DNA of 64,000 bases from the NCBI GenBank assembly GCA_963842525.1, contig CAWJGT010000023.1, positions 32,001 through 96,000 of the forward strand. The letters are read 5' to 3'. Origin of the DNA: an uncultured Holophagales bacterium (GTDB lineage Bacteria; Acidobacteriota; Thermoanaerobaculia; Multivoradales; UBA5704). The notes below the pieces were generated by a model. That model saw only the letters and a list, made by a program, of their open reading frames with translations, did no database searches and had not been told where the DNA came from. Of the stretch, positions 58,367-64,000 are shown one piece after another (position 1 is the first letter of the stretch; the number at the start of each line of letters is the position of its first letter). A program made the position numbers and the translations under genes.

Positions 58367-59380
58367 TCAACCCCACTCGAAGACCACGCCCATGACCTCC
58401 TCGCGCCTTTCGGCGAGGAGGCCATAGGCGTCGGCGGCGCGGTCGTAGGGGAAGCGGTGGCTGACCAGCTCGCGGACGGACAGGTGGCCTGCGGCAATGT
58501 GGGCGAGGAAGAGCTCGCCGTGGCGGCGGCCGGTCCAGGGGGTGTTCGGGGTCTCGACGGGCGGATGAGAAAAGCCGTGCGCTCCGACGATGGTGAGGCT
58601 GCGGCGGTTGCAGAGGTCGTGGAAGTCGAAGAGGGTCGCGTCCCGCGGGCTGCTCAGGAGGAGGAGGCGGCCCTGGTCGCGCAGGAGGACGGGCTCTTGC
58701 GGGATCACCTGGGGATTGCCGGTCAGCTCGACGACGACATCGAGAGCACGCCCGGCGTTGAGGCGGCGGACCGTTGCTTCGAGGTCTCCCTGGCCGTCCA
58801 GGGCGTGGAAGAGCGGCCCTTGCGGCATCAGGCCCCGGCGGAAGTCCGAGGGCTCGATGCCGAAGACGGGGCCGGCGCCGGCCAGGGCGCAGAGCCGGAC
58901 CGCGAGCTGGCCGAGGAGGCCGAGGCCGAAGACGGCGACGCTCTCGCCCCAGGTGAGGCCCACGCGGCGCAGTCCGTTCATCGCCACCTCGGCCAGGCTG
59001 CTGAAGGTGGCCTCTTCGTCGGAGACCTCGCCGGGCACGGCGCGCAGCTTGTCGGCCGGGCAGGTCACCCAGAGGGCATGGCGGGTATGGGTCTCGACCC
59101 GCTTCCCCGCCCAGGTGGGATCGACGCCCTCCCCCGCCTCGACCACATCGCCCACGTTGCTATAGCCAATCTGCTGCGGATAGCGGCTGAGGCCGGCCCA
59201 GACCGAGCTGTCGCGCGCCTGGCCGGAGAGGAGCGTCAGCTCGGTCCCGGTGCTGATGAGTGAGCGGCGGGTGCGGATCAGGACCTCCCCGGCCACCGGC
59301 TGTGGCACGGGCCGGTCCAGGATCTCGACCTGGCCGGGTGCGGTGAAGAAGATGGACGGATTGCTCATGAGATGGCTCAT
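58367..59380 (-). CDS. zinc-binding/MDR family dehydrogenase
   Basis: SLISTGTE, GYSNVG, Rossmann GLGLLG. Confidence 0.85.
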   Translation of the reverse strand: MSHLMSNPSIFFTAPGQVEILDRPVPQPVAGEVLIRTRRSLISTGTELTLLSGQARDSSVWAGLSRYPQQIGYSNVGDVVEAGEGVDPTWAGKRVETHTRHALWVTCPADKLRAVPGEVSDEEATFSSLAEVAMNGLRRVGLTWGESVAVFGLGLLGQLAVRLCALAGAGPVFGIEPSDFRRGLMPQGPLFHALDGQGDLEATVRRLNAGRALDVVVELTGNPQVIPQEPVLLRDQGRLLLLSSPRDATLFDFHDLCNRRSLTIVGAHGFSHPPVETPNTPWTGRRHGELFLAHIAAGHLSVRELVSHRFPYDRAADAYGLLAERREEVMGVVFEWG

Positions 59381-60450
59381 GAGGCTTTCGGCTCGATGAC
59401 CACTTTGATGGCGCCCGAGCTTTGTTTGTCGTCCGCGGCGGCGAACGCTTCGCCGATGCGCTCCAGGGGGAAGCGGTGGGTGACGAGAGGCTCGGCGTCG
59501 ACCCGCCCCGCGGCCATCAGGTCGAGGGCCGTCCGGTATTCGCGCTCGCCGCGCCAGGACGAATAGCCGTTGGACCAGCGGAGGGTGATCTCCTTCTCGT
59601 TGGCCTCGCGATAGCCGAGGGCCACGTCGCCGACGAAGGCGCCGAGGACGACGACGACGCCTCCGCGTCCAGCGGCCTCCGCCGCCTGGCGTACGGTGTC
59701 GCCGCTGCCGCCCACGGTCTCGAAGACCACGTCGGCCCCCTCGCCGCGGGTGAGATCGCGCACGGCCTCGCCGAGGTCTTCGACCCGGCTGAGGTCCAAA
59801 GCGAGATCGGCCGCACCCACCTCCCGCGCCCGCGCCAGCGGCTCCTCCCGGCGGCCTACCAGGATCGTGTTCCGGGCGCCCAGGGCGCGGGCCACCTGCC
59901 CCAGGGCCAGGCCGACGGGGCCGGTGCCGAGGACGACCACGGCGTTGGCGTCCGCCACGGGCGTGCGGTGGACGGCGTGCACGGCACAGGCGTAGACGTC
60001 GATCATCGAGGCAACCCCGAAGGAGAGGATGTCGGGCAGGGGGAAGACGTTGCCGGCCAGGGCGAGATCCAGCTCCGAAAACCCGGCGCTGGTGCGCCGC
60101 CTTCCCTTGTGCAGGGGCTTCCGCGGACAGAGGTGATAGTCCCCGCAGCGGCAGAGACGGCAGGTGCCGCAGCCGGCGAGCTGGGTCGGCTCGATCCCCA
60201 CCCGCTGGCCCACCATAAGGCCTTCGACATCAGGGCCGAGCTCGACGACCCTACCAGCCAGCTCATGGCCCGTGCGGCGCGGGCCGGTACCGATCGAGCC
60301 CCAGGGGTCGTGCCCCCGGTAGCGGTGCAGGTCCGAGCCGCAGATGCCGGCGGCGCCCACTTCGACGAGGACCTGGCCGGGACCCGGCACGGGCACGGCC
60401 ATCTCCTCGATGCGGATGTCGCGCCCGCCGTAGAAGACGGCTGTTTTCAT
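59377..60450 (-). CDS. Zn-dependent alcohol/polyol dehydrogenase (MDR family)
   Basis: GICGSD, GHE, CGTCRLC..C structural Zn site, GTGPVG. Confidence 0.92.
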   Translation of the reverse strand: MKTAVFYGGRDIRIEEMAVPVPGPGQVLVEVGAAGICGSDLHRYRGHDPWGSIGTGPRRTGHELAGRVVELGPDVEGLMVGQRVGIEPTQLAGCGTCRLCRCGDYHLCPRKPLHKGRRRTSAGFSELDLALAGNVFPLPDILSFGVASMIDVYACAVHAVHRTPVADANAVVVLGTGPVGLALGQVARALGARNTILVGRREEPLARAREVGAADLALDLSRVEDLGEAVRDLTRGEGADVVFETVGGSGDTVRQAAEAAGRGGVVVVLGAFVGDVALGYREANEKEITLRWSNGYSSWRGEREYRTALDLMAAGRVDAEPLVTHRFPLERIGEAFAAADDKQSSGAIKVVIEPKAS

Positions 60451-60554
60451 GGTGGATTTCCGCACCGGATCGATCCTCTTCGCGGCTGGCGAGTATAGCG
60501 TGGTGTGCATTCCCGAAAGAGCCCGGAGATGGTAGATTCCACGGGAGGACGACC

Positions 60555-62123
60555 TTGGCAGACCCGCAGCACGACGGACCCGAGCTCTGTACGCGGCGCC
60601 AGCTCCTGAAGGGCGCGGCGGGGCTGGGCGGCGTGCTGCTCCTCTCCGGCCTGCGGGCGCCCGTCTGGGCCGCGGCGGCGACGGCGGAGGCTGCCGCCGG
60701 GCTCGCCGAAGCGGATCTCTTCCAATTCCCGGCGACGGCCTTTGCCGAGCCCCAGGTGCGGCGCTCGGTCGAGGGGCAGCTCAAGACGCAGCTCCGCGTG
60801 GCCTACGCCCAGCACAGGATCGGCAACGATCCGGTCCGCCTGCGCTCCTATGAGGGCGCCCTGACCGGCCCGACGCTCCGCTTTCGGCCCGGGGACGTGG
60901 TGAAGGTCGATCTTCTGAATCAGCTCCCGGCCGAGCCGCCCGTCCACCAGCATCGCAACGGGCCGCACAGCCTGAACACCACGAATCTGCATACCCACGG
61001 TCTGCACGTCTCGCCGGCGGGCAACAGCGACAACGTGCTGATCGAGGTGCCGCCCGGGCGCCGGATGCATTACCGCTTCGCGATCCCCAAGGACCACCCG
61101 CCGGGCGTTTTCTACTACCACGCCCACAAGCACGGCTCGACGGCGGTGCAGCTCGCCAACGGCATGGCCGGCGCGCTGATCGTCGAAGGGGACATCGACC
61201 GGGTGCCGGAGATCCGGGCGGCGCGCGAGCGCCTGCTCGTCCTGCAACAGTTCCCCTACAGCCGGAAGGGGACGGTCGAGTGGAAGGACATCGCCTTCGA
61301 CGACGTGCGCGCCCTGACCACGGTCAACGGCCGGCTGAAGCCGCGCCTCGAGCTGCGGCCGGGCGAGGTGCAGCGCTGGCGCTTCGTCCACGGCGGAGCC
61401 AAGGAGGCGCTGAGCCTCTCCCTGGTGGACGTCCGCAACGCCGCGCAGACCCTTCACCGGATCGCGGTGGACGGCATCACCACCGGCCGGCGCGAGGCCC
61501 TGACCGCGTTCGAGCTGGGGGCCGGCAACCGCACGGACGTCCTGGTCCAGGTCAAGACGCCGGGGACGTACTACCTGGTGAAACGGGAGGTGCGGCCCGC
61601 CGGACCCGGAGCGCGGAGCCGCGTCCAGATCGTGGCCGAGGTCCGGGTCGCCGGCGAGAAGCTCGCCATGGCCCTCCCCTCGGAGGCGTCTCTGAAACCC
61701 CTGGCCCCCTACCCCAGCCTCGCGAGCTTCGCCAAACCAGGGCGCCAGACGGCCGAGCTGTCGATCGACCGCGACAAATACATGGTCAACGGCCGGCCGT
61801 TCGATCCACGCAACGGCCCGCGCCGGCTCAAGCTGGGGGCTGTCGACGAGTGGACCGTCAAGGTGGGCCGGGGGACCAGCTTCCTGCACCCGTTCCACAT
61901 CCACGTCAACCCGTTCCAGGTGATCGCGATCAACGGCAAAAAGCTCGCCCACCCGGTCTGGCAGGACACCATCCTGGTGGGTGGCAAGGACAGCGGATAT
62001 CCCACCCAGGAAGTGGTGTTCCGCACGAAGTACCGCGACTTCCCTGGAAAATTCATGCTCCACTGCCACAACGCCGTCCACGAGGACATGGGCATGATGG
62101 AGCTGGTCGAGATCGTGCCATGA
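60555..62123 (+). CDS. Tat-exported multicopper oxidase
   Basis: TRRQLLKG twin-Arg; HTHG, YHAHKH, HPFHIH and HCHNAVHEDMGM copper motifs. Confidence 0.93.
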   Translation: MADPQHDGPELCTRRQLLKGAAGLGGVLLLSGLRAPVWAAAATAEAAAGLAEADLFQFPATAFAEPQVRRSVEGQLKTQLRVAYAQHRIGNDPVRLRSYEGALTGPTLRFRPGDVVKVDLLNQLPAEPPVHQHRNGPHSLNTTNLHTHGLHVSPAGNSDNVLIEVPPGRRMHYRFAIPKDHPPGVFYYHAHKHGSTAVQLANGMAGALIVEGDIDRVPEIRAARERLLVLQQFPYSRKGTVEWKDIAFDDVRALTTVNGRLKPRLELRPGEVQRWRFVHGGAKEALSLSLVDVRNAAQTLHRIAVDGITTGRREALTAFELGAGNRTDVLVQVKTPGTYYLVKREVRPAGPGARSRVQIVAEVRVAGEKLAMALPSEASLKPLAPYPSLASFAKPGRQTAELSIDRDKYMVNGRPFDPRNGPRRLKLGAVDEWTVKVGRGTSFLHPFHIHVNPFQVIAINGKKLAHPVWQDTILVGGKDSGYPTQEVVFRTKYRDFPGKFMLHCHNAVHEDMGMMELVEIVP

Positions 62124-63334
62124 CCCCTGAAAACGCCCCGGTCTTCGTCCTCTCCTGCGCCCGCACGGGCTCAACGCTGCTGCGGTTGGTGCTCGACACG
62201 CATCCGGACGTCTACGCCCCACCCGAGCTGAACCTCGGCCGCCTGGCGAGCGATCTCTATCTGGCCTGCTCCAGTTTGCAAGGCCGGAAGGTCGCGCTTC
62301 ACGCCGCGCGGCAGGACCCCGAGGTGCTGGCGCACGTGCGCGGCACGATCTCCGGCCTGCTGGACGCGGCCACGGCGCAAAGAGGAAAGAAGATCTGGTG
62401 CGAGAAGTCGCCCGGCAATCTCGAGCATCTCGACCTGGTCGCCGGGCTGTACCCGGAGGCGCGCTTCCTCTGCCTGCATCGCCACTTCGCGGACGTGGCC
62501 CACTCCTGCCTGGAGAACTGCCGCTACGGCTTCATGCCGGTCCTGGTGGACTACGTGCGGCAGAGCCCGCGCGACATCCTGGAGGCGATCGTCCGCTACT
62601 GGGCGGACGGCACCTCGGCGCTTCTCGACTTCGAGCGGCAGCGGCCGGAGCAGTGCTTCCGCATCCGGTACGAGGACCTGGTGGACGCGCCGGAGGCGAC
62701 CTCCGCGGCCCTGTTCTCCTTCCTCGGCCTGCCTTGGGACCCGGCCCTTCTCAGTGCGGTCTTCACCACCCGGCACGACGCCGGGATCGGCGACAGCAAC
62801 GTCCAGTTCGCGGGCCGCATCCGGCAGGACAGCGTGGGGGCAGGCCGCGACATCCCCTTTGCGTTGCGACCGGCTCTCCAGTCCCGGGTCCACGAGCTCC
62901 TGGGCCAGCTCGGTTATGACGCCCTGCCGCCCGCCAGGCCCGCCGCGTCCACACCGGCCGCGCAGGCCGCCGCGCCGCAGACTGCCGCCTCGCCCGACGG
63001 GCCGCGCTGGGTGTTCGAGACCCATCTGCCGGAGCGGCTGCGCAGCCGGCCGGAGAAGCTCTCCGCGATCGGCTCCTCCTACCGTTTCGTGGTGGGAGGA
63101 GACGGCGGCGGCGCCTGGGTGCTGGAGGTGCGCGATGGAGACTTTGTGGTCATTCCCGGCGGCGAGCAGGCCGCGACGACGATCGCGATCGACGCCGCCG
63201 ACCTGCTCGGCATCGTCCACGGCGAGCTCAACTTGCTGAAGGTCCTGCGGGAGGGGAAGATCCGCGCCTCGGGCGAGGTCCCCGGGACCGAGCAGCTCCA
63301 GGAGCTGGTCATGCTCCTGCGGACGGATCTCTAG
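62120..63334 (+). CDS. sulfotransferase with a C-terminal SCP2 lipid-binding domain
   Basis: ARTGSTLL PAPS loop, WCEKSP, IRYEDLV..PE, FLGLPW; SCP2-like YRFVVGG.GGGAW...GKIRASG. Confidence 0.85.
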   Translation: MTPENAPVFVLSCARTGSTLLRLVLDTHPDVYAPPELNLGRLASDLYLACSSLQGRKVALHAARQDPEVLAHVRGTISGLLDAATAQRGKKIWCEKSPGNLEHLDLVAGLYPEARFLCLHRHFADVAHSCLENCRYGFMPVLVDYVRQSPRDILEAIVRYWADGTSALLDFERQRPEQCFRIRYEDLVDAPEATSAALFSFLGLPWDPALLSAVFTTRHDAGIGDSNVQFAGRIRQDSVGAGRDIPFALRPALQSRVHELLGQLGYDALPPARPAASTPAAQAAAPQTAASPDGPRWVFETHLPERLRSRPEKLSAIGSSYRFVVGGDGGGAWVLEVRDGDFVVIPGGEQAATTIAIDAADLLGIVHGELNLLKVLREGKIRASGEVPGTEQLQELVMLLRTDL

Positions 63335-63359
63335 CTAGTTCCAAGACTTACGGTCAGGA

Positions 63360-63633
63360 ATGGCCCTCGAAGCGCAGCGGATGGCCCCTGAGGGCCGGCC
63401 GATGGCCCTCAAGGGCGAGCAGATGGCCCTCAAGGGAGGCCGCGTTGCCCTCAAGGGCCGGCACGCCTCCCTCAGGGGCGAGCACGCTGCCCCTGGGGGC
63501 GAGCATGTTGCCCCTGAGGGCGAGCATGGTGCTCCTGAGGGCGAGCACGCTTCCCTCAAGGGCCAGCAGCGTGACCTCAAGGGCCGGCAGGGTGCCCCCA
63601 GGGGACAATGCGCCTCCCTCAGGGGCAGCTTGG
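63360..63633. repeat. 21-bp tandem repeat array (~13 degenerate copies)
   Basis: Units such as ATGGCCCTCAAGGGCGAGCAG with palindromic core GCCCT-NN-AGGGC. Confidence 0.88.
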
Positions 63634-63783
63634 CGACGGCTGAGGTCCCGAGCATGCCAGTGAGGGGCGGGCGGACGCCGGACAGATGTCTGCAGCCGGT
63701 CCGCCAGCGGTGCGAGCGACCGTGCCAGGGCCGTTTCCACGGAGTCATGGTTCTTTGACACCGCGCCGCTGCTAGCATGAGCC

Positions 63784-64000
63784 ATGTTCGTGCTCACCTA
63801 CCACAACGTCCTCGGCGAAGAGCCGGACGCCCTCGACTGGCCGTCGCTCCGCGTGGCGCAGCACGAGCTCGACCGGCAGATGGAGTTTCTCGCCCGCCAC
63901 TTCCACCCGCTGCCGCTGGCCGGGCTGCTGCGCCAGTTGGACGAAGGCACGCCGGATCCGCTGGGCGTCGCGGTGACGTTCGATGACGGCTTCCACGGCG
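63784..64000 (+). CDS. polysaccharide deacetylase family protein, 3'-partial
   Basis: MFVLTYHNV...QMEFLARHF.PLPL...VAVTFDDGF (NodB motif 1); open at the window end. Confidence 0.85.
   Translation, partial: MFVLTYHNVLGEEPDALDWPSLRVAQHELDRQMEFLARHFHPLPLAGLLRQLDEGTPDPLGVAVTFDDGFHG

Noticed and set aside
63354-63797. Heptad-repeat proteins on either strand of the 21-bp array
   Set aside because: Open frames on both strands are explained by the repeat itself; no convincing RBS or preferred frame

Overview
GC-rich bacterial window; gene content (TPR-CHAT/ECF/zf-HC2 modules, TPR kinases, FHA-sigma54 activator) suggests Acidobacteriota/Thermoanaerobaculia or a myxobacterium-like organism (inference only). 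Ordinary genes (MFS, serine hydrolase, S8 and M28 peptidases, PP2C, xerD, LeuA/LeuB-like, YceI, MDR dehydrogenases, multicopper oxidase, sulfotransferase) surround the main feature, a ~22 kb tightly coupled 13-gene operon (25312-47072). It couples a Zorya-like ZorA/ZorB (MotA/MotB) membrane motor to a full set of diverged chaperone paralogues: a Clp/Hsp100-like AAA+, an HPD-less J-like protein, a GrpE-like protein, two Hsp70s and two Hsp90s. It also encodes a Ser/Thr kinase, a large TPR scaffold, a pseudokinase-CHAT protease and an Hsp90-class III nucleotide cyclase fusion, with a divergent CHAT-FGE gene upstream. No canonical Zorya effectors are present, so it is a candidate undescribed defence or stress-signalling system. 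A nearby ECF/anti-sigma/TPR-CHAT/repeat-peptide/C25-like/caspase module shares a promoter-like motif (AACAAAA-N10/11-CGTGTCT) with it. Other findings: a kinase to FHA-bEBP to sigma54 promoter to secreted protein cassette, REP-like palindromes (one inside xerD), two 21/63-bp tandem arrays, and several frameshifts at GAGCTC/TCGA motifs that are probably basecalling artefacts.
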